Below, one piece after another: positions 24,109-36,432 of a DNA stretch of 61,683 bases. The notes under the pieces were generated by a model. It was not told where the DNA came from. It saw nothing but the letters and a program-made list of their open reading frames with translations, and did no database searches. The position numbers and the translations under genes are program-made. Origin of the DNA: Psammoneis japonica (Eukaryota); assembly GCA_008632985.1 (NCBI GenBank), contig QPGO01000208.1:62001-123683 (forward strand), in the 5' to 3' direction. Each line of letters begins with the position of its first letter. Within the stretch, counting starts at the first letter, position 1.

Positions 24109-24862
24109 GAGACTGTAGTGAAGTGACTTGTCTCGTGGACGCAGTTTATTTCCAGCCCTGTGCTGTATGCAATGGAAGTCTCGCTCGCTCTCTCTGCAGG
24201 TTTTGTTGGTCAATATTATTTGCTGGACAGTAGCATATGTGTTGCGATTTGGAGACGTCCGTTTGCACGCAAAAATGCAAATTCTCAGGGGAAGTTGCTT
24301 GGACCTTTTGTTGGCGTGACAATGATGATGCCCTACTTTTATGAATCACTCTCTAGAGGGACTCGTACTAGTTTGAGTGGCGTCTTGCTAACGTCTTGAC
24401 CTTTGCTCTGATATTCCCGCCTTTTACAATCATCGTCGGCATTTCCAACGGCGACTGGGTATGGGCAACGAATTTGGGATGGGTTATACCCTCCATGCAA
24501 TTGACAAGTTTATCGGGGCTTTATTCGGTTTTGCGAATAGGCTGGGCGTAAGCCAATTGTTATGATTTTCGTGGGACTGATTTTCACTCTTTACAAAACC
24601 CGGTGAATGCGGAGTATAGGGCCCTAGGTTTTTTGAAATTTATACTTTACGGGAGTCGACGTCGGATTGAATATTTGTGTGTGATGTTTTGAAATTTTGT
24701 GAGCCTCTACTACTTGTACTGCGTGCAGTCAAATGTCGGAGACGACAAAATGGGAGTTGATGTCTTTAGAGGTTCTGCGCGCGCTGGCATTATTGTTGGT
24801 GCCATTCTTGAAAGTCAAAGCGCGATCTGTGAGATTCATTCTACTTTTTGTGAATTTTCACC

Positions 24863-25399
24863 ATGACTAGTAGTAGTATGCGAAGGACAATGGCTCTTGA
24901 CAACAACAACACCCTAAGCACTACTAGGTACTGTGGCAGCAAAGTGTGCCATGTGAACGCTTTTTTCGTCGTTGTAGTTTTAGTGACGGCTCTCATCACT
25001 TTGAAAGCGATTCGAATCATGAAACGACAAAAAACTACAACGCATCCATCATTGTCCAGTGGATTTTTCTTTGAAACGTGGCGCAAGAAACGCCAATTTG
25101 TGCCCTTGCAAGACTACTACGAAAACGTGATGGAACAAACAACACAACTCCAAGAGGTGTGTAGTAGTAGTGATGGACACCTCGACGACTCGATCGAGTC
25201 CAAGGATTCATTGGCGAATGACGATCATCCATGTTACAGTACAGAGAGTGTGACGGATGACGACGAGACTGTGCAAATGTCCAATGGTACGGCTCTGCAC
25301 CGTTTTCAAGAACACTTGTGCTTCTTGTCCAAGAAAAAGCAAGACACTACCGAAAATACCTTCCCATCAAGCGGTCTTATTGGGATTTCAGCCATTTAG
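24863..25399 (+). CDS. Hypothetical single-pass membrane protein
   Basis: 178-aa ORF with one hydrophobic helix followed by basic residues and an acidic tail. Confidence 0.45.
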   Translation: MTSSSMRRTMALDNNNTLSTTRYCGSKVCHVNAFFVVVVLVTALITLKAIRIMKRQKTTTHPSLSSGFFFETWRKKRQFVPLQDYYENVMEQTTQLQEVCSSSDGHLDDSIESKDSLANDDHPCYSTESVTDDDETVQMSNGTALHRFQEHLCFLSKKKQDTTENTFPSSGLIGISAI

Positions 25400-25459
25400 A
25401 GATAAAGCTCTCGCTATAAAATGACATGCAAAAGGATGACTCGCTCTTCAGAGACGCTA

Positions 25460-26386
25460 TTACGAACAAAAGAGGTTGTACCACGGCTTGGAGGGAACCC
25501 CCAAGGCGAGCAACTTTCCAAAGGCGGCAGCAAAGTCTTTGAAAAACAATTTTTCGTCTTGAGCATACATTTCCACCAACTTTCTCATTTCTCCATCCTT
25601 AATCATGGCAATACAACTCGGAAGCATCATGAGCTCCCCCGTGTCATTTTCGTATTGCAATGGTCCCGTCCAGGGTTTGCCGTTGTGCGTCTTTTTGACG
25701 GTCCATTCCTTGTCCAACAAAAACTTGTAGAGAGCATTATTGAATTTATTCTCCGCCTTATTCCATGGTCCCCAATATCCACTACGATCGACATGACATC
25801 GTCCCAGTGTATGAGCTCCAATGAGTGCCACCATTTCACGATCGGAAAAGGACATTCGATGAAACACGTCACGCATGTGCTTGCTCGTATCCTCAAAGCT
25901 TCCTTTATCCGCATCCGGTAATCTACCATCGGGTGGACTCGTATCACCGTCCTCCAAGTCTTGTCTTCCCAACTTATACGGAATTTTAGGCCCACCCGCT
26001 TCTTCCACCGCCACCACGCCCGCCAGTGTGTACAAGTCTGCGTAGGATAGGGTTGGATGCAATTGCTTTACGGGTTCCAGTGCCTCCATGGCGACATGCA
26101 AACCCGCATTGGCATCCCATGCCTTTTCCGGATTGAATCGAATACGTCCACCATTGGATCCGCCCGTATTATCCGCAGCAGAATACGTTCCAGAACAATG
26201 CCATGCAAGCCGGACAAAGGTTCCAATCAACGACGTGCCGTCGTTGCGTTCCTTCATGTCCTTGTGAATCACATGGACAATGTCTACCTTTACTTTTGAA
26301 AGAGTAGCAGCATTGCCCATAATGTTGTTGGAAACGAGGATTGCAACAAAGGCGACAGCAACAGTGAGCAGCGTTTGACGGAGCAT
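25460..26386 (-). CDS. Class I heme peroxidase (cytochrome c/ascorbate peroxidase family)
   Basis: Distal 'RLAWH', '[10 protein letters not shown]', proximal 'GAHTLGRCH', 'GPW', 'LMMLP'. N-terminal hydrophobic leader from ATG 26386. Confidence 0.93.
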   Translation of the reverse strand: MLRQTLLTVAVAFVAILVSNNIMGNAATLSKVKVDIVHVIHKDMKERNDGTSLIGTFVRLAWHCSGTYSAADNTGGSNGGRIRFNPEKAWDANAGLHVAMEALEPVKQLHPTLSYADLYTLAGVVAVEEAGGPKIPYKLGRQDLEDGDTSPPDGRLPDADKGSFEDTSKHMRDVFHRMSFSDREMVALIGAHTLGRCHVDRSGYWGPWNKAENKFNNALYKFLLDKEWTVKKTHNGKPWTGPLQYENDTGELMMLPSCIAMIKDGEMRKLVEMYAQDEKLFFKDFAAAFGKLLALGVPSKPWYNLFCS

Positions 26387-26509
26387 GGTGATGACTGTGC
26401 AATTCAAGATCCTTTGGTCAGTTGCCTCCTTTTTTGAACCGGAAGATTCGATCAAGATTCGGATCATTTATGATTATTCAGTTTCTAATATAAATTTATT
26501 GATCATCCC

Positions 26510-29500
26510 AACATGCCTGCCTGCAAAGCATCACTGCTTCTAGCTAGAACAATTTTGACATGTGACGCAAAGACAGCTGCTGCTGCTGTCATGCCATGGT
26601 GTCATGGAACTCAGTCTGTGACTCTCCATCCTCTTTTGTGGTGGCCACATCGAACAGAGTTAGGCGCGCCCTGGCCAGCACAAGCTGAGGACACCAGAGA
26701 GCACCCCCCCCACACACACACACAGTGCAGGAATCAAGTTTGTGCATCCCACGGAGCCCAATTTTCCCCACACCCTTGCTTGATTTTTACAATCCACAAT
26801 TTGCACAGAAGTTCTCTGAGTGTCTTTCTCCTGTGCAGAGATTGTGCCAGTTGCCTCAAGGTGCCTCACGTGGTGTGTGTGTGTGTGCTGTGGTGTTCTT
26901 CTTTTGTTTGATGGCCCCTGTGCAACACAGAGAGCCAGTTCTCAGACACAAAACAACCTTCATGACTTTCCTGACAAACTCTTTCTTGGACCCAAAACAT
27001 TTTTCATAATTGCCAGTTCAGCAGACAAAATTCTTCAAAGTTTTGTGGGGGTGCAAAATGTGCACCCCACAGATTTGTGTGCTGGGCGCATGGGAAGAAA
27101 ATGCACAGCAAAGTTGTCTCCCCTGCCCCTGCAATGTGCAAGCACTAGAGCTCTGCATGCAAAATGTCTTTGGTGAGCAAAGTGTGCACACACAGCTTTC
27201 TCATGGGGTGCACAGACCCTGCACACAGCAGGCCTGTGCAAGTTGGGATGCACGTGCCCACAACACTCAACATCACAGGTTTGTGCACAGGCAAGCAGAG
27301 GCATGGGGACAATCTGTTTGCTGATGGAGCCAGTGCGCCACAGCAGCACAGCAGCTCTGCATGCACCCATGAAAATTTTGGCACCTTGTTGTGGCTTTGT
27401 CAGCACCCCAGCAGTGTTCCAAGCACATTTGTGAACAGAAAGAATCTGGAAGAACAAACTCTTTTGTCCACTTCCACACAAGCCACTGGGTTGAAGGAGA
27501 GTGCGCTTTGCACTCCCGCTGCTCTGTGCTTGCTGGACCCTTTTGACCCCATCATTTTAGATTGCCCTCAACTCCAAGCCATGTTTGTCCAGCAGCCGCT
27601 TTGCCAGCCACCCCGTTTCATGCTGAATGTGACCAATGACTGCACCATTTGCTTGAACAGCATGGTGCAAAGTGCCATTTTTTTGTGCTGCACGAGTGAT
27701 GAGCCTGAGCCAATTTCTTCTGTTGTTGACAAAAACAGACATGAGTCATCTTGTGTTTGCCCATTGAGGCCACCAGCAGAGACAAACACATTCCAAAAAG
27801 TGAAAAAATTGATTGCTCAATTTCCTTGACAATCAAGGATTGACGCATCTTGGCAATTGAGCAACGAATGAGACATTTGTGATGCTGCATCATTGAACTT
27901 CCCTGCACGCGATTTTGAAGCTGGAATTTTGAGAATTGACAAATTCTTGCAAAGTTCATCCCTGTCACAAAACCAAGAGCTTTGAGTTTGAAAGCACAGT
28001 TCAAAGAATCAGTTTGGGTTTCTGGAAACAAGCCAAGGAGGGAATGATGATCTCATTGCTTGCTTCAAAGAGCACTCTTGTGACTGGTGGAGCTGAATTC
28101 ATTGGACTGTGCAGCCACAATTTCAGAGTTTGAGAAAATTGTCAGCAAACATTCATGCCTCAGAGTTGGTTGCCATTTTGACCATGTTGAGATTGGAGGT
28201 TGCAATGGAGCAGAAATTCCAACACATCCCACTGACTGTGCTCTTTAAAATTTGGGAGCTGACACATCATGGACCAAAGATTTTGATGACATGACAGCGG
28301 CTGGCCATGAGCTGCTCTGCCACTTGACACATCATTGCTCTAACCTTCCTGAGCATGTTCTTCATTGTTTGGCTGCTCATGCTGCTCCACATGAGCACAT
28401 TGACCCTTCAACCACCACAGAGCAAATCTCCACAGGTGGAGATTTGCTTGACTTCATGAGCTGTGATGTGTCACATGCCGCCACTTGTCATGAGCTGTGA
28501 TGTGTCACATGCACTCGTGTGACAATGTGATGAACACAGCACAAAAATGTCACATCATGTGCAATCTGCATAAAATGTGCCACACTCATTTCCTTGTTGC
28601 AAGCAAATCTCTGCCGGCAGAGACATGCTCCAAGGGTGCAGTGTTCACAACTCATCAAAAATTTTGCTGTTGTGGGTTGAGATTTCAATGTGCACTCCAA
28701 AACAAGTCATCCACATCTGAGAACATTTCATTTGACAAATTGGTCTGGTGGTCAAAGGGTCAACCATGACTTCATCATGGAAGAACAAACATTTCCTCAA
28801 GGCAATGCATTTTTCACTCCTTGTGCAGAATCAAAACATTGTGCCAAAAGATTGGTTGAGTCCAACTGGGACAAGACAAAGGTTTGCCATTGTGCGGCTG
28901 AGTGCAACAGTGCAGGAGCTGACTTGGGAAATTGTCTTCAAGTTCCACTTGAGTTTGCAACTGACATGAAGTCAATCAATGGACTGCATTGCATGACACA
29001 CCCACTGTCTCCATTTTCTGTCATCAAAGACAAGTCACTGGTGGCCTCTGTTTGCAACACAGTCCTCAATTGCCTCAACAAGATCAGATTTCTCACCACT
29101 TCCATCGCCATCCAGTGTCTTGGCCATGCACAGATTGATTGTTTGAGCATTGTCGTGGCACATCACTCTGGCCACACCCAAAATCAACAAAGAAACTGTC
29201 AGCATCAAGCAAATTTCCTTCCACAGATGATGCTGGTCACAACTTGCAACTTGCTCATGTTGTTGTTGCCGATGGCCCTGAGATCACTCCAGCGGTGTGG
29301 GCTCTGTGGCCGCAACCATCAAAATCCCAGTTTCCAGTGATGGTGCTGCAACCTGCAATGTTGTTGCTTCTTTTTGGCAAGTCCAGGTGACCAAGTCCAC
29401 AGCCGCTGTCAATTGCCCAAACCATCATCTTTGCTTTTGGCTCCTCTTCCAAGAACCAGAACTCATTTGCCTGTGTCACATTCACACCATGACCGATTGA

Positions 29501-30000
29501 CTCTTGTTCAAGACATCTGTCACCTCTGGTTCCCTCCAAATGCAGGTCATTGTCAACCTTCATGGGTGGGGCTTTGATCTTGTGCACCAGCTCCACAAAT
29601 GTCCAATGCTTCTGCTTTTTGATAGAACATTCAGCGTGGTTGCATTGATCACCTGAACAGAGACTGTTTTCAACTTTGGTGCACAACTCTCAAATCTGCC
29701 ATTCTTTGCCCACTTCTTTGCCAGCCTGATGATGCCCTTCTTGTTCTTGCATCTCACAAACAGCTGAAGGTCTTTGTCAGTCTTTGCTGACTTTGTGTTG
29801 CTGTCCATCAATGGTGCAATTGTGTCCATGCCTGCTTGATCCATCTTGCTTGGAAATCCTGCAGAGACCAATGTTGTGCACCAAGAATTAGATGCTGCAT
29901 TACTAAAAAGAGTGAGAAAAGAACTAGTCTCATGGTGAGGACGACTTTCGGGGCAACTGTACAGCCAAAGTGTTTTGCGGACAGACAGCAGACCACAGAT
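26510..30000. mobile_element. Decayed repeat element, copy A (CpG/TpA-depleted)
   Basis: Colinear similarity with 33.7-34.75 kb, e.g. TTTGAAAGCACAGTTCAAAG..CAGTTTGGGTTTCTGGAAACAAGCCAAGGAGGGAATGATGATCTCATTGCTTGCTTCAAAGAGCACTCTTGTGACTGGTGG at ~27990-28090 and ~34035-34140. Confidence 0.7.
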
Positions 30001-30478
30001 GCAACCTGTTCCTGTTCTCTGCTCCACTCTCTAGAGAGCAGCTGGAGCAGAAGTACGTTACGTCTTTTCTGCCATTTTCGTTGTGAAGCGAGGTCCAGTG
30101 GCACAGGTATGTGGGAGCAGATTCCACCGTGCTTCACCATCAAAATCGGTAATTGACGCACTGTTAGCTATTAGCAGGAAATAATGTGTAACAGCACTGG
30201 TGTACAGAGGACAAAAAAAATCACCGGTGGCGTGGCGTGGTGACGTCTTTGCTGCGATGAGTGAGTTCGTGACACGGGCAGGGCTTTCCAATACTTTCAC
30301 GTCAATCGCAAAGCAATGGCATTGGGCAGGTACTCCTACCTAACAGCTGCAATTGAGGTAGTATGTTTGTAGTTTTTAGCACGATTATCGATTTGCAGAG
30401 CCAACACAACCATAAGCAACAGCAGAAGCTCTAGAAACTGTTTCTGTGATCGAACACACGAACTGAGAGCAAACTAAA

Positions 30479-32401
30479 TTAAAAAATGACACGAAACACG
30501 TAGGCGGATCCCGACAGCCCCCCACTTCCATCATTTTCCGGCGCACCAATTCCGACTACGGCTCCATTTGCCGAAAGCGAGATGGAGGACCCAAACAAAT
30601 CACCTTCGGCCTCACCATTCAAACTATTACTGCCCATCCGAATCCATTCCTTTGTGGTTGTGTCGTATTGAAAGATTCCTACGTTGCCTCGCTCTCCTTG
30701 ATTTTCCGGACTTCCCACAGCCAAAACATTTCCATTTCCACTCAAAGACAACGAATAACCAAAATCATCCCTTGACTGTTGACCAAGTAGAATGTCACCT
30801 CGCTGTGTCCAAGTGGAAGTTGTACGATCATGAGCAAACACGTAAACCCTGTCAGAACCATACGCCCCCACAGCCATGACCAAGCCACTATCATCCAGAG
30901 AAATGGAATTTCCAAAAGAAAATGCAAAATCACCATACTCAATGTGTCCAATGATGGGATTACCTAATGGATCCCACAAGGATGATGTAGAATTGTATTC
31001 ATACACGTGCACCTGATCTTCAGAGACCTGATTCTCAGAGAATCCCCAGGCTCCAATGCCAACAATGGTTCCCGAGCGACTCAAGGAGACCGCCGAAATA
31101 CCAAAATTACGATACTCCGCCCGAACAATCAGTGTTTGTCCAAGTTGCTGCCACAACGACGTACCAGCATTGTAATCAAACAACCAAACCGATCCAGAAT
31201 CATCACCGACAGCTACAATGTCGCCCGTGTCCGAGAGGGACACAGAGACTTGTTGACCACCACCAGTGTCAAGTCCAATGTCCCTGCCAAGCTGGACCCA
31301 TCGATCTGTGGTGCTGCTGTATTCGTACACTCGAAATATGACTGGCGTCAATCCATCACTATCGTTATCAAAACCAACACATAGGATTGTGCCGTCACCA
31401 TTCAAAGACAAGGACAAACCAAAGGAACTTTCCCTTTCTGATCCAACCAAGAACTGACCCATGGCTGTCCACTCTTCAAGGCCTCGATTCAACTGATACA
31501 CGGAAACGTATCCACGACCGCCATGCGCTCCGACAGCCATGATATTACCCTCTCGAGACAAGGAGATAGAGCTACCGAAATACTCAAGAGAGGCCTTCCC
31601 GTGCAAAGTTTGTCCGATAGCATCAGTAAGTGGCGTGGGATTGGCTGTGGCGGGAGGCTGAGTTTGATTCTGTGTCGACGGAGAGGAGGTGGGAGTCTGT
31701 GTCGACGGAGAGGAGACGGGAGTCTGTGTCGATGGCGCGGGAGTCGACAGACCATCGCCACCGCGGTTGGAAAGTGAGACTGCAGTTGCTGTAACAATTG
31801 CGATTATCACCACAAGGATCACTCCAGTAGCAATGAAACAAAAACGGCGTTTCTTGCCTTTATTCTGATCAACTTGTGCTGTCTCTGCGTGGGCGAGAGG
31901 AACTTGGCGAAGACCCTCCAACTCTTCTCGGAGACGCTCATTTTCTTCCTCTACCGGTTGTGCAAGGTGAGCTTCCACAAGAACGGCTCCATCATCATTA
32001 GGGGTTGGCGGTGGTGGCGTCGGATCTGAATGAACCGTCTCCAACTCTGACACCGCCGTCGTGGTATCATCTTCTCCACCACGTCGTCGGACTGTCCCTT
32101 GGTGGCTGACGGCAAAAGCACCAACGTTCGTTGTCTCAGAATTTCGACCAGTTTCTCCACACTCCCCGGGTTCTTCTGAATGAAGAAGAGAATCTAGTCC
32201 TTCATGCTCAATTTGTTCTTCTTCACAACTAAGATGAGAAGGATGGAAGTTTTGCGCCGCAGTTGGTTGCTCTTCATCTTTTTCTTCCTCTCCAGATTTA
32301 AACCCACTGCTTTGAGCAAAGCGTTTCTTAACTTCTCGTTTCGTCATGACTGGTGGCTCTTTTGGTGAGAACGATTCGGTCACGAAGAGTTGTAGCTTCA
32401 C
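30479..32401 (-). CDS. Type II membrane protein with FG-GAP-like beta-propeller (paralog of 13056-16073)
   Basis: Same 'VGAFAV' motif, basic patch plus TM helix, PST linker and seven 'FG.S.SLS..G..AVG' repeats. Confidence 0.85.
   Translation of the reverse strand: MKLQLFVTESFSPKEPPVMTKREVKKRFAQSSGFKSGEEEKDEEQPTAAQNFHPSHLSCEEEQIEHEGLDSLLHSEEPGECGETGRNSETTNVGAFAVSHQGTVRRRGGEDDTTTAVSELETVHSDPTPPPPTPNDDGAVLVEAHLAQPVEEENERLREELEGLRQVPLAHAETAQVDQNKGKKRRFCFIATGVILVVIIAIVTATAVSLSNRGGDGLSTPAPSTQTPVSSPSTQTPTSSPSTQNQTQPPATANPTPLTDAIGQTLHGKASLEYFGSSISLSREGNIMAVGAHGGRGYVSVYQLNRGLEEWTAMGQFLVGSERESSFGLSLSLNGDGTILCVGFDNDSDGLTPVIFRVYEYSSTTDRWVQLGRDIGLDTGGGQQVSVSLSDTGDIVAVGDDSGSVWLFDYNAGTSLWQQLGQTLIVRAEYRNFGISAVSLSRSGTIVGIGAWGFSENQVSEDQVHVYEYNSTSSLWDPLGNPIIGHIEYGDFAFSFGNSISLDDSGLVMAVGAYGSDRVYVFAHDRTTSTWTQRGDILLGQQSRDDFGYSLSLSGNGNVLAVGSPENQGERGNVGIFQYDTTTKEWIRMGSNSLNGEAEGDLFGSSISLSANGAVVGIGAPENDGSGGLSGSAYVFRVIF
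31669..31748. repeat. Coding 27-bp tandem repeat (~3 copies; 'PSTQTP' linker)
   Basis: Imperfect repeats of TCTGTGTCGACGGAGAGGAG.. inside the beta-propeller gene. Confidence 0.75.
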
Positions 32402-32689
32402 ACAATCCGTGTCACCTTATAGCAAATCGGTCGTACAACACAAAGGGAGATTGGCACCGGACTGATGTCATGGTGAGAACACGATCTTCGTATCCACGAT
32501 TAACTAAAACTGTCAGCCTCGCTCAGTTCGCTTCGCATGTCATTACGGACGACTGACGGACGCTGTCGTTATTCATTGTCCGTGCGTCCGTCCCTCTTTT
32601 CAAAGAATGGGCTCTAACGGCGCAAAAAGTCAGAGGATAGATTGCGTCCTCCCATGCTCTTGACAAGAATTTTTTTTAAGGCTCTCCTG

Positions 32690-35600
32690 TTGCATGATCT
32701 TCACCTCTGTCATCACTGGTAGAGCCACATCAGATGCCTCAGGGTTCCACAACGCATGGAGCCTGAAGCTTCTTGCTTCGCGCGGGGGGTTGACGTTTGC
32801 CCCAGTTCAGCCAGGGGGAGGTGCTGCATGTGTTGGACAATTGCAGGACCAACAAGAAACCTGATGGCACAAGTTTTCTACAGAGTGAGAAGAAGAAGAT
32901 CAGATGCTGGAAATGCAATGAGGTTGGGCATGTCAGAAAAAGGGCGGTCCTGACACAGCAGTCATTCGTTGGCAGAGTCGAGCGGTGCAAACCACGGGAG
33001 TCAATGGAGTGGTTGATGTGGTGCTGGGTGGCATGGATTCCAAGTGTCATCCTCCTGTGCATGATGTGCACAAGGCCAGTCAATTGACAGCTTGTGCAAA
33101 GGAGTGTGTTGGAACATCAGGGTCAACGGGAGTCATTCGAAAATGTTGCAAGAGTCACAGCTGGCATTTCACTTGAGGAAAAATACAAAATGGTGTGGAA
33201 ATGCACACAAAGTCATGCAAGAGGGCGACCAGAGCCAGCAACTTTTTAAGAACTCAATTGAAATGTCATCTGACCGAAGGCATTTTGATTTGCATGGTGA
33301 GGAGCAACACCTCTTTGGTCAGATGACATTTCAAAATTGAGTTCCCGAGAAGTTGACATTTGAGTGCAGAAGGGTGGACAGACTGAAAACAATTGTTTCT
33401 GGTGCTCTTCTGCACAATTCCTGCGTGATGACTCTGAGAGCCATGATGATTCCCATTGTGGAGGCAGTTTTTGCAGAACAGGCAGACACAAAACTGCGGT
33501 GGAAAGATGACACACTCTGATGATTGTGGATGATGCTGAGTTCTCACGGGTCTTGTGCTCATGTTTCAGCTTCTGCAGCCAATTGACATGGCAACAAGAG
33601 CAGTCAGCAGCATTGACAACAGCGTTTGCAATCCATGTGGTGAGTCAGAAGCCAGTGAGACAAAACATGTGCCAGCCCACAAGCCGCAAAACTCCAACGG
33701 GGGTGCACAGACCCCACACACAGTGGGCCTGTGCAAGCCAGAATTCACAGGTCTGCTCTGCACCACAGGTTTGTGCAGTGTGCACAAGCAGGAGCAGAGG
33801 CACAGGGACAATCACTTTTTGCTGCTGCAGTCAGCGCCACACAGTGGCTCTGCACATGTGCACAAAAATTCTGGCAACACTTCTTGAGGCCTTGTTGCAG
33901 CTTTGTCAGCACCCAGTGTCCTCAAAACATTTATGTTGCAAGCTGCAATCCAAAAGAACAAACTCTTTGTCCCCACTTCCACAAGCCATTGTTGGGCTGC
34001 AGGAGAGTGTCCTTCACAAAAGCAAGAGCTCTGAGTTTGAAAGCACAGTTCAAAGCATCAGTTTGGGTTTCTGGAAACAAGCCAAGGAGGGAATGATGAT
34101 CTCATTGCTTGCTTCAAAGAGCACTCTTGTGACTGGTGGAACTGGACTCATTCTTGCACTGTGCAGCTGCAATTTCTGGGTTCAAGGAACTTGTCAGCAG
34201 CAAACATTGGTGCCTCAGAATTGGTCACCATTTTGACCATGTTGAGATCAGAGAATGCAGGGGAGTTGACATTCTGACAGATCCCACTGATGATGCTCTT
34301 TTGAATTTGGGAGCTGACACATCATGGACCAAAGATCTTGATGACATGATGGCAGCCAACCATTAGCTGCTCTGCCATTTGATGCATGTGGCTCCAACCT
34401 TCCTGAGCACGTTCTTCATTGTTCAACTGCTCACACCACTCCACTTGAGCATGCCAACAATGACTTCATTGCAGAAGAACAAACAATGTTTCCACCAGGA
34501 GACACATTCTCTTCATTCCTTGCACAGAATTGAAGCATTGCACTGAAAGACTGATTGAGTCCAACCGGAACAAGGCAAGGTTTGCCATTGTGTGGAGCCG
34601 ACTCAGGAAGTGATCTCCAAGCTCCACTTGGGTGGGCAACCGACATGAAGTCGTTCAATCAATGGATTGCACTGCATGACGCATCCGTTGTCTCCTTTTT
34701 CTGTCATCAAAGACAAGGAGTCACCAGTGGCCTCAATTTGCAACAGCAACGCCGCTCCAGTTGACCACGTGGTGAACATTGCTGTCACTTCACTCTGTCG
34801 TTCATTCACTGACATGAGCAAAGATGTCTTTTGTGTTCATGCAACTCCACACCACAAGGATGACATCATGTGGGGAGAACTCATCAGGACCCACAACTCC
34901 AACATTTTCCTTGAAGAAACAGGTCCGAAAGATTTTGATGACACCGACTCGAACAAGTGCTTGGCTGGCATGGAGCTGCTGCTCAAATGTGGTGGCAGGC
35001 CCTTTGCCTTCAAGCCAAAGAAGAAGCATGAAGTTCTGCAAAGTCACCTCACCAAACAAGAGTCACAAGACTTCCCCATGACCTGGACTTCGAGCGAAAA
35101 GAAAGCCGAGGCCAAAATGTGCGTGAAGAAATGCTGCGCCATCATCGGCAGCGTGCTTGAAAAGAAACTCCTTCAGCAAAACAGCAAAGCGACAAAGCAG
35201 AGCATTGCTTCCACATTGGTTGCTGAGGGCGCAAAAGCTGCTGAGCAACAATTTTGGGAAATCCCCCATGAAGCGGACATCTGATGACAAGTGTTTCATG
35301 TGGGGGTGTCTTGTTGTGCAGCACGCGCATTGTTGAATTCTTTTTGTGTGCAAAACACAAAATGAGACTCTGTCTTCTGTTTCACATTCGGTTCATTGCA
35401 CTCAACTCCACAACCATGACCAAAGTCTTGAATGTGCAAGGCCATTTTCTGATGACTGGTGGATTGCAGACTGAGCTGGCCACATGAGCAGCATGCAAGA
35501 GTCTTGCGGTGCCGAGGTTTTGTTCATGGGGGAGACAGCAGCGCTTTTGCAGTGCGCAACATCAGATGTCACAACCTGAAATGCATTGCATGAACAACGT

Positions 35601-36100
35601 GAATCATGTGGCTGTGCTCAATGAAAACAGATCCCATGGTGGAGCCTCTGGGATTTTGATGCATGCTTCTTTGTTCTCAACTCCGAAGGGAGAGCACGTT
35701 TGCCTGATTGTGAAGTCAGCAGAGCTGCTCTCTCACCTTGGCGAAAGGGTCTGCAATGTGGCTTGGTTGGAGACAGATCATCCAGTGGGACCATCAGTTC
35801 AAGCACCACTCCTGCCGAGGCCTCTCATTCCTTTTCTTCCACTGCCGAGCACAAGCAATCCCCAGCCATCATCTCGAAGCTTTGGTGCATTGCACAACCC
35901 CATGGTGTGACACGTGACGCGCACAGCCAACTGCAAAACCACATTTTCAACAAAATGCACACAACATCAACCAACTTGTTACAGGCCCTGCAAATGCCAA
36001 GTGCCATGCAGCAGGGATAAGTTTTGGGGTCGCAAGCAGAGGGGTCGCGCATCGCACACTCACAGCATGGTGATGCCATCCACCACGTTTGCTTCTGCCT
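32690..36100. mobile_element. Decayed repeat block: probable Ty1/copia gag fragment followed by repeat element copy B
   Basis: 'DGTSFLQ...IRCWKCNEVGH' (truncated zinc knuckle, ~32865-32935), then sequence homologous to 27.2-29.05 kb. CpG/TpA-depleted. Confidence 0.65.
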
Positions 36101-36432
36101 GGCCTGTTCTGCCGATCTTCGCGAACGCGCATCCGCTTGCGCAACGCAAAAAGCGCGCAAAGACGCAGGCGAGCTTTTTCGTCGAGCGTTGAGCGTGATC
36201 TCCTCGAGATCGCCGACAGAGCGAGACGAGACGCGGGTTGCGGTGTTACCTTTTATGCTATAGTCATTCTTGTTGCTTTCGATTCATTCTTATAATACCA
36301 CTCATTGATTCGTTCACCCTTCAAGGCCATCCTACTCACCTACGACAATTGATTTGTAGATCGCTGCTGCTGGTAGTGAAAAATCTGTAGGAAAGGCTAG
36401 AGAGAAAACGGTATTCGAAAGAAAAAAAAATA

